Positions 9,392 through 17,590 of a stretch of 51,576 nt of DNA are shown piece by piece. The notes beneath the pieces are model-generated. The model saw nothing but the letters and a program-made list of their open reading frames with translations, did not search any database and was not told the DNA's origin. Both the position numbers and the translations under genes were made by a program. This stretch comes from Candidatus Poribacteria bacterium (GTDB taxonomy: Bacteria > Poribacteria > WGA-4E > PCPOR2b). The stretch is taken from positions 1 through 51,576 of the forward strand of contig JADFGN010000001.1 in NCBI GenBank assembly GCA_022567695.1, in the 5' to 3' direction. The first letter of the stretch is position 1. Each line of letters opens with the position of its first letter.

Positions 9392-9497
9392 GGAAAACAG
9401 AAACGTAAACGCGAAAATTCTATTTACATATCCCCGATTTCGGTCTATAATAACCCCGGTGTAGAGTCGAGATTAAATTTTGACTTACGATACTTCC

Positions 9498-9519
9498 ATA
9501 GGTCGATTTGGCAAAATCG
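9498..9519. repeat. REP-like palindrome, family C (ATAGGTCGATTT...)
   Basis: ATAGGTCGATTTggcaAAATCG. It shares the (G/A)TAGG(T/A)CGATTT head with the elements at 9930 and 24216. Confidence 0.4.
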
Positions 9520-9547
9520 GCATTGCATTTTACAGGAGAATACGACA

Positions 9548-9922
9548 ATGGGATACACGTTTCATCATATACATATTCGTTGTGAAGACCTTGAAGCTTC
9601 TATCGATTTTTACGAAAACGTGCTCGGCGGCAAAATCACCGAAAAGGTAGAAGTTCGTGGCATGCCAATTGTTCGGATGGATGTTGGCGGAGAAAATATC
9701 TTCCTCTCTCCAAAATTTGGCGATATAGATGTTGAATCCACTAGCGGAAATCCGCGTTGGGGCGTATACCAACTTGCTTTTTTGGTAGATGACATTGATG
9801 CCGCTGTCGAGGAGTTGCAAGCGAAGGGAGCCGAGCTTGAAGACCTTAAACCGTCTGGACTACCAATGGCTTTCTTTAAAGGGCCGGATAACGTTCAGAT
9901 TGAGGTCATCGAGGCATCTTAA
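9548..9922 (+). CDS. VOC/glyoxalase-bleomycin-resistance family protein
   Basis: 124 aa. The N-terminus HHIHIRCEDLEASIDFYENVLGG is typical of VOC proteins. An AGGAG SD lies upstream. Confidence 0.75.
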   Translation: MGYTFHHIHIRCEDLEASIDFYENVLGGKITEKVEVRGMPIVRMDVGGENIFLSPKFGDIDVESTSGNPRWGVYQLAFLVDDIDAAVEELQAKGAELEDLKPSGLPMAFFKGPDNVQIEVIEAS

Positions 9923-9929
9923 TTAGATT

Positions 9930-9982
9930 GTAGGTCGATTTTCTAAAAGTCGTAGGCCAGTCAAATTGGAATTTCGACCTAC
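9930..9982. repeat. REP-like palindrome, family C (GTAGGTCGA ... TCGACCTAC)
   Basis: 9-bp arms at 9930-9938 and 9974-9982. The loop contains a further GTCGTAGG. Confidence 0.45.
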
Positions 9983-10008
9983 TCCAGTTGATATCAAGGA
10001 AAGATTAC

Positions 10009-10608
10009 ATGGAACTAGATCTTTATGTCGCAGGTGTTCCACAGGCAAGTTTATCAAATTGGGTTGCGCAACTCTCGGTTAACGCTAAAGCAGAAGGAAT
10101 ACAGGTTATTCAATCTGGAGTCGATGATAAGCCGGATGAAGCCTTGCCAGTCGTCTATGATGAACTCTGTTCACCTCCTGAACAGCGAATCTTATTTTGT
10201 GGGGCAGATGAATCTGTCCTACATACCTTCGCCTATAAGAGTTATTGCTCACGTTTGGATCGCCATTGGAATGTTTGTCTTCACTCCGCAAAGAAAAAGG
10301 TGATATTCCTTCGTTTTGATGGCACCTTGCTCGCAAGAAAGGTCGCGCACCTCTTTTACCAAGAGGGCACCTCAGACAAAGTTTATCATCTCTATCTTGC
10401 TCAAGCACTGACAATTGACTTCTATTCGGTGATCAGTCGGTACGGGCGTCAAGGTCGAATTCTTCAACAGACAGAAAAGTCGTTTGACTATCGGTTTGAT
10501 GATGCGGAAAAGGAATGGAATCGGCTATATCACGAAAAGGTCGATAAAGGATACAAGGTTGGACGGCCAACTATCCCGGAACAGCTTGAATTGGAGTTGC
10601 CTTTTTAA
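10009..10608 (+). CDS. WGR-domain protein
   Basis: The C-terminal half matches the WGR pattern (KVYHLYL...VISRYGRQGR...AEKEWNRLYHEKVDKGYK). The ATG at 10009 has an AAGGAA SD. The ORF track's start at 9988 is TTG. Confidence 0.65.
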   Translation: MELDLYVAGVPQASLSNWVAQLSVNAKAEGIQVIQSGVDDKPDEALPVVYDELCSPPEQRILFCGADESVLHTFAYKSYCSRLDRHWNVCLHSAKKKVIFLRFDGTLLARKVAHLFYQEGTSDKVYHLYLAQALTIDFYSVISRYGRQGRILQQTEKSFDYRFDDAEKEWNRLYHEKVDKGYKVGRPTIPEQLELELPF

Positions 10609-10673
10609 GCCAGCGCGTAGAATGACTGAAAGTGAAAAGAGGAGCTATGCAAGTCTTTGTAGCGAGATAGGTT

Positions 10674-11354
10674 ATGAAGTTCAGTGAAATTTTTTACACA
10701 ATTCAAGGCGAAGGCAAACTGGTCGGAGTACCTTCCGTATTTTTCAGGACGAGCTACTGCAATCTCAGGTGTGTCTGGTGCGATACCCCCTACACTTCGT
10801 GGACGCCAGAAAACAAGGACATCACTGTCACTGAAGCCGTCGAAGCAATCAATAAATATAATTGCAAGCATGTTGTCCTCACAGGAGGCGAACCATTTAT
10901 TCAGACCCGTGAGTTGACAGAACTTTGCAGAGAACTCGATCGCCAAGGATATCATATCACCATCGAAACGAATGCAACGATCTTCGCCCCTGTTGCCGCT
11001 CACCTAATCTCGATGAGTCCCAAATTGCGAAATTCCAATCCATCCGTTGATGACCGCTTCTTTAAGCGACATGAACGAGGGCGTATTTGTGCCGACGTCA
11101 TCCGAAAGTTCCTAAATCAGTACGAATGTCAAGTCAAATTCGTCGTCGATCAACCAGGAGATCTCAAAGAGATCCAAGTGCTACAGGCTGAAATTCACAT
11201 CCCGGAAGAAGTGATCGTGTTAATGCCTCAAGGTATAACTCCCGACGAATTACGCCCGAAACAGGAATGGCTTGTGGAAATTTGCAAGGAGCACGGCTAT
11301 CGCTATTCGCCGAGGATTCATGTGGATATTTGGGGAAACACGCGGGGGGTTTAG
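10674..11354 (+). CDS. queE: 7-carboxy-7-deazaguanine synthase (radical SAM)
   Basis: 226 aa. The motif FFRTSYCNLRCVWCDTPYT contains the CX3CX2C cluster in QueE context, plus VLTGGEP. Confidence 0.85.
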   Translation: MKFSEIFYTIQGEGKLVGVPSVFFRTSYCNLRCVWCDTPYTSWTPENKDITVTEAVEAINKYNCKHVVLTGGEPFIQTRELTELCRELDRQGYHITIETNATIFAPVAAHLISMSPKLRNSNPSVDDRFFKRHERGRICADVIRKFLNQYECQVKFVVDQPGDLKEIQVLQAEIHIPEEVIVLMPQGITPDELRPKQEWLVEICKEHGYRYSPRIHVDIWGNTRGV

Positions 11355-11402
11355 GAAGGTCAGTGAGCAAATTACTCATCACATTTACGCGGAAGGAAAT
11401 CC

Positions 11403-12518
11403 ATGAAATACGACATCCTGCTTAAAGGCGGAACCGTCATCGATCCTGCGCAACAATTACATGATGCACGGGACGTCGCAATCGCCGATGGGAAGATTGC
11501 AGCAATCGAAAAGGACATCTCGGAAACTCGTGCAAAGCAAACGGTTTTCGTGAAAGACAAATATGTGACTCCCGGCTTGGTAGACATTCATGCGCACGTT
11601 TACGCTGGTGTGACGACATGGGGAATCAAAGCCGATCCGGTTTGTACGACAGCAGGGACCACAACAATTGTTGATGCAGGCAGTCCAAGCTGGGCAACGT
11701 TTCCCGGCTTTCAGGAATTTATCGCCCAGCCCGCCCGAACCCAGATATTGACTTATATCCACATTTCTGGAATCGGCTTGGTTTACGGACCGGTTGGCGA
11801 GATGCACGAACTTGAATACGCCCATCCGGGCAAAGTTGCCGAAACCTTGATGCAAAATCGTGAAGGCACAATCGGGGTAAAAGTGCGGCAGGGCAGAGCA
11901 CAGGTCGGCGATAATGGTGTCGAACCTCTGAAACTCGCCATCCAAGCAGCGGAGCTCGCTGGAACTCCTGTGATGTGCCACATCGGTGCCGGTGTACCGC
12001 TCCCGGACGTGTTAAAATTGATGCGCCCCGGAGATGTCATTACCCACTGTTTTCAGGGACGCGGGGATAGCATCATTGACGACAAAGGGCGTGTAATTCC
12101 CGAAGCATGGTCGGCGCGTGAAGATGGCGTCATCTTTGATGTGGGACATGGCGCGGGTAGTTTTCGATATGAGGTCGCACAACGCGCGATGGAGCAAGGG
12201 TTTGTTTCCGATGTCATTAGCACGGACCTGCACACGGGAAACATCAATGGTCCCGTTTATGACCTCCCGACGACGCTATCCAAATTCTTACATCTTGGAC
12301 TTTCACTTGGGGAAGTGATCGAGAAATCGACCATTGCCGCGGCAAAAGCAATTCAACGTGAGGATGAAATCGGGCATCTCAAAATCGGTACAGTTGCAGA
12401 TGTAGCAGTTTTCGATCTCATCGAAGGTGAGTTCGAGTTCTTCGACACGCACGGCACAAAATTCGTCGGCAACCAGAAGCTGAAAGCTGACCTAACCATC
12501 CGTCAGGGAAAACTCTAA
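11403..12518 (+). CDS. Amidohydrolase/deacetylase-family metallohydrolase
   Basis: 371 aa with the metal motif VDIHAHVY and the overall dihydroorotase-like pattern. Confidence 0.75.
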   Translation: MKYDILLKGGTVIDPAQQLHDARDVAIADGKIAAIEKDISETRAKQTVFVKDKYVTPGLVDIHAHVYAGVTTWGIKADPVCTTAGTTTIVDAGSPSWATFPGFQEFIAQPARTQILTYIHISGIGLVYGPVGEMHELEYAHPGKVAETLMQNREGTIGVKVRQGRAQVGDNGVEPLKLAIQAAELAGTPVMCHIGAGVPLPDVLKLMRPGDVITHCFQGRGDSIIDDKGRVIPEAWSAREDGVIFDVGHGAGSFRYEVAQRAMEQGFVSDVISTDLHTGNINGPVYDLPTTLSKFLHLGLSLGEVIEKSTIAAAKAIQREDEIGHLKIGTVADVAVFDLIEGEFEFFDTHGTKFVGNQKLKADLTIRQGKL

Positions 12519-12572
12519 TGCCGACCCGATAACTTGACAGGCACAGGAATAACTGAGGAGAAAATCGAAAGC

Positions 12573-12974
12573 ATGGCTCAGACCAATAAGCTAAAGGGCT
12601 GTTATCGGCGAATTGCGATTTTTTTGACGATAGTTGCAGTAATCATTTTGGTGGTTGGGCTTGTTGTTTATCAATTGGTGGATGGCATTGAGGGGTTAAG
12701 ATATTGGATGGCGGGATATGCACTCAATCGGGTCGAAGCGCAATTGTTACAGGATCGACCAGATGGTGTCTCAGAGACAGACATTGAATCTCAGTTTGAG
12801 ACAGTCCGTGAGGCAAACAAAGAGCATCGGACAGATCTCATCCAACTCTATCAGGTGCTTAGAGCGTATCAAACCCAATTCCAGAAAAAACAACCTTCAA
12901 CAGGAGAAGTCTTTGAATTCCTTACAAAACTTGAGTCTGCGATCTTATCCATCTTATCTAAGGAGGATGAATAA
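12573..12974 (+). CDS. Hypothetical single-pass membrane protein
   Basis: The ATG at 12573 has a GAGGAG SD 12 nt upstream. There is one TM segment (IAIFLTIVAVIILVVGLVVY). The ORF track's start at 12534 is TTG. Confidence 0.55.
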   Translation: MAQTNKLKGCYRRIAIFLTIVAVIILVVGLVVYQLVDGIEGLRYWMAGYALNRVEAQLLQDRPDGVSETDIESQFETVREANKEHRTDLIQLYQVLRAYQTQFQKKQPSTGEVFEFLTKLESAILSILSKEDE

Positions 12975-13014
12975 TTAATCCGCACAGAATTATGGCTGAA
13001 CCATTTGGTGCAAC

Positions 13015-13248
13015 TCATACAGAATCTTTGCTAGGCAAAGCACCCGACTGTGCGGGAGTCTCTCCAAGGGAAACGTACGGTTTATGTGGGTGAGACTCAT
13101 CGACTTGCTTCAGCAAAGTTATCAAGGACAAATATTTTGAACGAAATTGTTCCATTTGCTGAAATGGTACATGGTGAAAATACGCGCTGGTGTAAACCCC
13201 TGTCGTTGAATCCGCTTGTAGTATGGCATATGGACTCAGTTTGGACAT
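13015..13248 (-). CDS. Hypothetical small protein (77 aa)
   Basis: ATG at 13248 with a GGGAG SD 7 nt upstream. It fits the gap between convergent and divergent neighbours. I recognised no family. Confidence 0.4.
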   Translation of the reverse strand: MSKLSPYAILQADSTTGVYTSAYFHHVPFQQMEQFRSKYLSLITLLKQVDESHPHKPYVSLGETPAQSGALPSKDSV

Positions 13249-13314
13249 AATATAACTCCCGTAGAGAATCGTGAGGCTGTATGAAATTTAATAAATCTAG
13301 TACACGCAAGATGA

Positions 13315-14070
13315 GTGCCTGCCTCACAGCAAACCGACGTGATTGAAAAGATTTTGCATTCATTATCCCGCTTTTTTGGAGAGGGTCGAATAACTCCTCA
13401 AGATTTTCGGCGGGCTATAGATCTGTATACATCATTGCCTTTTCGTATTCAGATTCAGGTTTGGGCGCGTCTGATCTGTTTGCAACCCATCCTCAAAGCC
13501 ATAGAAGAATACATTCCCGTGACATCAGATAGATGGATAGATCTCGGTTGTGGACATGGGCTTGTTAGTCTGCTTGTAGCCTCCCGTCGCAAGGGTACAA
13601 TTTTGGGCGTCGAGGCTTCTCCGTCGCGATTTGCAATTGCCCAACGGGCGGCTCACGGACTACAGGATGTGACTTTTCAGCACGGAAATATTGCAGAGAT
13701 GTCCATACCGCCAAGTACAACAATTCTGTTGATTGATGTTTTATATCTTTTTCCCGATGACATCCAACAACGAATTCTAATCAATTGTGCTCGTGCCCTG
13801 ACCCATAATGGCATTCTTTTGATTAAAGACAACACAACGGTTCCGCGATGGAAATATGGGTACACAAATTGTGAGGAGAAACTCAAGCTACTTTTCAGGG
13901 CGTATGACACAGAGACTATCAAGAGTCCAAATTATCGTACACCGGATTCATGGCGTCATCTAATCACACAAGCAAATCTACAAATCCACGCTGAGTTATT
14001 TATCAAATCGCCTGCTCCGTATCCGGGAATTATCTATGTTTGCCAGAATTCATCCCATGTCACGCTGTGA
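13315..14070 (+). CDS. Class I SAM-dependent methyltransferase
   Basis: Motif I is IDLGCGHGLVSLLVA. The start is uncertain (GTG at 13315 or 13339). Confidence 0.7.
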   Translation: MPASQQTDVIEKILHSLSRFFGEGRITPQDFRRAIDLYTSLPFRIQIQVWARLICLQPILKAIEEYIPVTSDRWIDLGCGHGLVSLLVASRRKGTILGVEASPSRFAIAQRAAHGLQDVTFQHGNIAEMSIPPSTTILLIDVLYLFPDDIQQRILINCARALTHNGILLIKDNTTVPRWKYGYTNCEEKLKLLFRAYDTETIKSPNYRTPDSWRHLITQANLQIHAELFIKSPAPYPGIIYVCQNSSHVTL

Positions 14071-14110
14071 GAAAACCGACAGTATTGTTCAGTTTTTGTG
14101 GTGGAACTGT

Positions 14111-14143
14111 GCGGATATGTCTCACACTATGTGACATATCCGC
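14111..14143. terminator. 11-bp hairpin between convergent genes
   Basis: GCGGATATGTC (14111-14121) pairs with GACATATCCGC (14133-14143). Only an A-tract flanks it, so it is not a canonical intrinsic terminator. Confidence 0.35.
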
Positions 14144-14153
14144 CCAAAAAATA

Positions 14154-15278
14154 TCAGCCAATTTTTAAGCCTTCCCGAAACTCTGCTATTAATTCTCGGA
14201 GCCGAAGTGCATACGGGTGATCGCTCAAACGGGAATCCGCGAGAAGGTTAACCGCCCGACTTAATCTTGCTTTTGCATCTCCCCACGCCTTGAGAAACGC
14301 TTGGTTTTCAGCGGTATTTGGCCGCGCGATAGCACTCACGAGCTGATAAATAGCAATGAGGTAAAAAAGTAGGTGATGATAATCAACTCGTACAGTGATC
14401 TCCGACTTGGAGCAATTTTTCCGATAATTTGAAGCTTCGCTTGCGTAGATTCCGACGATTTCCGAGTCTAACAGGCTGACGAAATTTCCGCCCTTGCAAT
14501 TCGCGCCGATACTATTGAGCGACTGAACTAGGCGTCTTTCTCCCCAATCCCACCCCACACTTGCGAAATCAATAAAAGTCGGTTTTTCTTGATTGATCAT
14601 CACGTTGCGTGCGTTGTAATCCAAACTGCCCAGCGTCGGTGCTGTACCGTGCAAGCGATCAGACAAATCTAACCAGATGGTATCGATGGTTTCCTGCCGC
14701 TGGAGACCACTTAACCGTGCGAGGTAACTCATCGTCTGCCTGCCCTGATCTAACATTGTTTGCATGGTGCGGTGCAAAAAGTCGGAATAATCCAGCGGAT
14801 AAACATAAGGTGCAATGGCGTCAGTATGTTTAGCAAATGCGTTCTCAATTCGGCAGAATTCTCTGATTACGTTGATCGATACAGGCTTGAGAATTTCAGT
14901 CAACTGTGCCTGAATGAAACCGGGATGTTTGCACTGTTTGAGTTGCGCCAGCTCATCGAGGGTTGCTTCCCCACACCATTCCAACAACAGACAGAGCGCT
15001 GGGTCGGATTTCCACACAATCTTGGGAACGTGACAGCCGGCTTGATGTAACATCGCAAGGGCTGACGATTCGATCTGAAAGGGCGTAAAAGTTGATTCTC
15101 CTATCGGTTGGGCGTTCAGGTGCTGTTTGAGGAGATAAGTCTTGCCCGCTATTTCCAACCGCCAAACATTGTTTCTCTCAAGGACACCGTGTAGAATCGG
15201 GGTCATTTGCACGCAATCTGACACTGTTCCAAATTGCGAGGCGATCTGTTGGATAATATAGGGTAAATCGAAGGGCAT
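14154..15278 (-). CDS. Kinase-fold (APH-like) phosphotransferase, substrate unknown
   Basis: 374 aa with a catalytic-loop-like LDYNARNVMI and a downstream IDF. Confidence 0.55.
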   Translation of the reverse strand: MPFDLPYIIQQIASQFGTVSDCVQMTPILHGVLERNNVWRLEIAGKTYLLKQHLNAQPIGESTFTPFQIESSALAMLHQAGCHVPKIVWKSDPALCLLLEWCGEATLDELAQLKQCKHPGFIQAQLTEILKPVSINVIREFCRIENAFAKHTDAIAPYVYPLDYSDFLHRTMQTMLDQGRQTMSYLARLSGLQRQETIDTIWLDLSDRLHGTAPTLGSLDYNARNVMINQEKPTFIDFASVGWDWGERRLVQSLNSIGANCKGGNFVSLLDSEIVGIYASEASNYRKNCSKSEITVRVDYHHLLFYLIAIYQLVSAIARPNTAENQAFLKAWGDAKARLSRAVNLLADSRLSDHPYALRLRELIAEFREGLKIG

Positions 15279-15349
15279 AGTTAACGTACCAAATCAACGA
15301 CGAAGCGGAAGAGATGATAGATTGAGCGTTTCACAACTTCAGAAGGTTC

Positions 15350-16765
15350 TTATTCCCTCTCCGCAAACTCCGGTCGTCCCAACGCATCGGTTGTACCACT
15401 GCGCGTGTAAAGTGGTAATTCGCCGCCTGCATCTGCCAAGATGCGTTGTTGAGCAAGTGCAATTCGATCAGCGGCTCGGTCCGCGATGTCGTGTTGACAC
15501 GTCGGATCAGATTCGAGATCAAAAAGGCGAGGGTTCTGAAAATCAACGCTACTAAAGTACCAATTCTGCGCGTCTTTGTACCATGCGGAGTTTCCGTATC
15601 GGCAGGTCAGATACTCACGGGACTGGAATCCATCGGTGCCTTCCACCAGCCGGAGCAGGCTTTGACCTTGAATCTCACCAAGCGGTTCAACGCCACTCGC
15701 TTCAATGACAGTCGCTGGTACATCGAGCGTATAGACAAAGTTGTCGTGAATGCTTCCTGCGCCTTTCCCTTTCGGGTGACGCATGAGCAACGGGATATCC
15801 ATCGTGCCGGGATACATGTAGTTCGCAGGTTTTCCGGTGACGCGGTCAGGATTCTCGCCGAAGTTGGTGCCGTGATCGCTGAGGAATATTACGAGTGTGT
15901 TTTCCTTCAATCCCAATCGGTCGATTGTGTCGATAAGTTTACCAAACCACGCATCGACCATCGTCACCAAACCCGCATAATTTGCCCGAATGCTTGGCAA
16001 ACGCTCTTCGATGTCTGGATTCCCATCTATCGGTCCGTAGGGGATGGTAATGCACATCGGCTCGCGTTCTTCACGGCTGCCGTAGAGGTCGTAGTAGTGG
16101 ATAGGGGCTTCCCACGTTTCATGCGGCGTGAAACTATCAACGTAGAGATAAAAGGGTGTGTTATTATAATTCTGCTCGACGAATTGAATCGCAGCGCGAA
16201 ACGTTCGTGCTGTAGGCCACGTCTCCTCTGGCTGTTCCGGTTGTACATTGACCAGATGCGCCCGGATGCGCTCTGCACCTCCACGATAGCGAGAGAGCAA
16301 TGTGTCGTCCGCATGGGCCGTTGCGTGGTAGCGGTCTTCTGCCTGACCGCGGACATATTCCCATTGGCGGAAACCGCGCGTAAAATTCATCCCCGGCACG
16401 AAGTAGTGGGGCACATCAGCGAAGAAACCGGTGTGATAACCTTGGCGAACCAGCGTTTCAGCGATTGTCGGTTCGTCAGGTGACATCGGCTGCCACCCCG
16501 GAATGTAGACGTTGTCCCACGGCACAGGGGTATAACCTCGAAAGGGAAACGCTCGTCTGCCGCTGTGCAAGGTGCGGCGCGTTGGAATCGTGGGGAGGCA
16601 TTCGGGGTGGGCGTTTGTGAATTTCATGCCTTCTGCGGCGAAGTTATCGAGGTTGGGAGTTTGCATCCAGTCATTCCCGTATGTTCCGAGATAAGCCGTC
16701 CGAAGTGTATCCGAGACGACGACGACGATGTTCCACGGTTGATTTGCGTTTGATTGTTGTGTCAT
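15350..16765 (-). CDS. Sulfatase-family (alkaline phosphatase superfamily) hydrolase with Thr at the formylglycine position
   Basis: 471 aa. NIVVVVSDTLR, TPNLDNFAAEGMKFTNAH and LSDHGTNFG match sulfatases. The segment aligned to CSPSRAALLTGR reads TIPTRRTLHSGR. Confidence 0.8.
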   Translation of the reverse strand: MTQQSNANQPWNIVVVVSDTLRTAYLGTYGNDWMQTPNLDNFAAEGMKFTNAHPECLPTIPTRRTLHSGRRAFPFRGYTPVPWDNVYIPGWQPMSPDEPTIAETLVRQGYHTGFFADVPHYFVPGMNFTRGFRQWEYVRGQAEDRYHATAHADDTLLSRYRGGAERIRAHLVNVQPEQPEETWPTARTFRAAIQFVEQNYNNTPFYLYVDSFTPHETWEAPIHYYDLYGSREEREPMCITIPYGPIDGNPDIEERLPSIRANYAGLVTMVDAWFGKLIDTIDRLGLKENTLVIFLSDHGTNFGENPDRVTGKPANYMYPGTMDIPLLMRHPKGKGAGSIHDNFVYTLDVPATVIEASGVEPLGEIQGQSLLRLVEGTDGFQSREYLTCRYGNSAWYKDAQNWYFSSVDFQNPRLFDLESDPTCQHDIADRAADRIALAQQRILADAGGELPLYTRSGTTDALGRPEFAERE

Positions 16766-16798
16766 AAGGTTCCTTTTGGCACGACTTTTTTGAAGAGA

Positions 16799-17305
16799 TT
16801 ATAGTGAATCGATGTCATTACAAAGTTGGAGAATCTTTCCCCGTTCGGCTTCATCAACTAGCCAAACAATATTTGCTTCGGCGTCGCAGAGTAGTGTGAA
16901 AAAGTTCATGACATCTCTGCCCAGTACGGGAAGATCAAGCGATTCTTCCCGTGTGAAGATGCCGATTTCCAGATCGAACGTCCTTCGATTGCCATTGCTC
17001 TCGAACCTAAGTTGTGTGATAAAAGGGACGTGTTCAACCCTTTGCCCGCCGACACCAGATACATTATCTTCTGTCTTTGCCTCCTCAAGTTGAATACCAA
17101 ATCTTTCTATAAATTCAAAGGGTAAATAAGTTCCATCAGCCCCTAAATCAATCAGGAAATTGATCCAAATCCAGCTGTTATCCGCTACTCGAACAAGCGT
17201 TTCTACGAATAATGCAAGCGGACTATCCCAGTTGGTATGTGAGTAACGACCCTTAAAGATCAAATTCTTTTCCCCTCTCTGGATGGAACGCGGAAAACGA
17301 AACAT
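16799..17305 (-). CDS. Retropepsin-like (clan AA) aspartic-protease-like protein
   Basis: The motif FLIDLGADGTYLP resembles bacterial IDSGAD proteases but has Leu in place of Ser/Thr. An alternative TTG start at 17263 forms a TTGA overlap with the upstream stop and has a GGGGA SD. Confidence 0.5.
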   Translation of the reverse strand: MFRFPRSIQRGEKNLIFKGRYSHTNWDSPLALFVETLVRVADNSWIWINFLIDLGADGTYLPFEFIERFGIQLEEAKTEDNVSGVGGQRVEHVPFITQLRFESNGNRRTFDLEIGIFTREESLDLPVLGRDVMNFFTLLCDAEANIVWLVDEAERGKILQLCNDIDSL

Positions 17306-17526
17306 TGACGATTTGGATACTTTACCATTGCTTTTGCTTCGGCTTCTTTATAGGTATTTCCGAGGAAGGCTTCCTTATTTACAACTGCGATGTATTTCCC
17401 GCGATTTTCCTTAACAACCAGTCTCGGCGAATTGTCAGACCACCATATAAAATCTTCATGCCTCAAGCGAGCTTTGCGACTTTCTTCCTCAGACATCTTT
17501 TCTGTTTTAACACTGAAAACAGCCAT
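17260..17526 (-). CDS. Small DUF5678-like protein
   Basis: 88 aa with an AAGGAG SD 9 nt upstream. The core RGKYIAVVNKEAFLGNTYKEAEAKA resembles the DUF5678 pattern. Confidence 0.55.
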   Translation of the reverse strand: MAVFSVKTEKMSEEESRKARLRHEDFIWWSDNSPRLVVKENRGKYIAVVNKEAFLGNTYKEAEAKAMVKYPNRQCFVFRVPSREGKRI

Positions 17527-17590
17527 TTAACACATCTCCTTTCAGTTTCAAGTTTACCATGAGATCTAGGTAGCATCGAACTCTTTTGTC

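Noticed and set aside
11457-11981. 174-aa and other minus-strand ORFs inside the amidohydrolase gene, plus similar antisense ORFs at 18359-18889 and 39476-39952
   Set aside because: They overlap strongly supported genes (amidohydrolase, ggt, amtB), have Cys/Arg-rich composition and lack ribosome-binding sites.
15446-16483. 345-aa ORF antisense to the sulfatase-like gene
   Set aside because: It is a shadow ORF. The opposite strand carries clear sulfatase motifs, and this frame has none.
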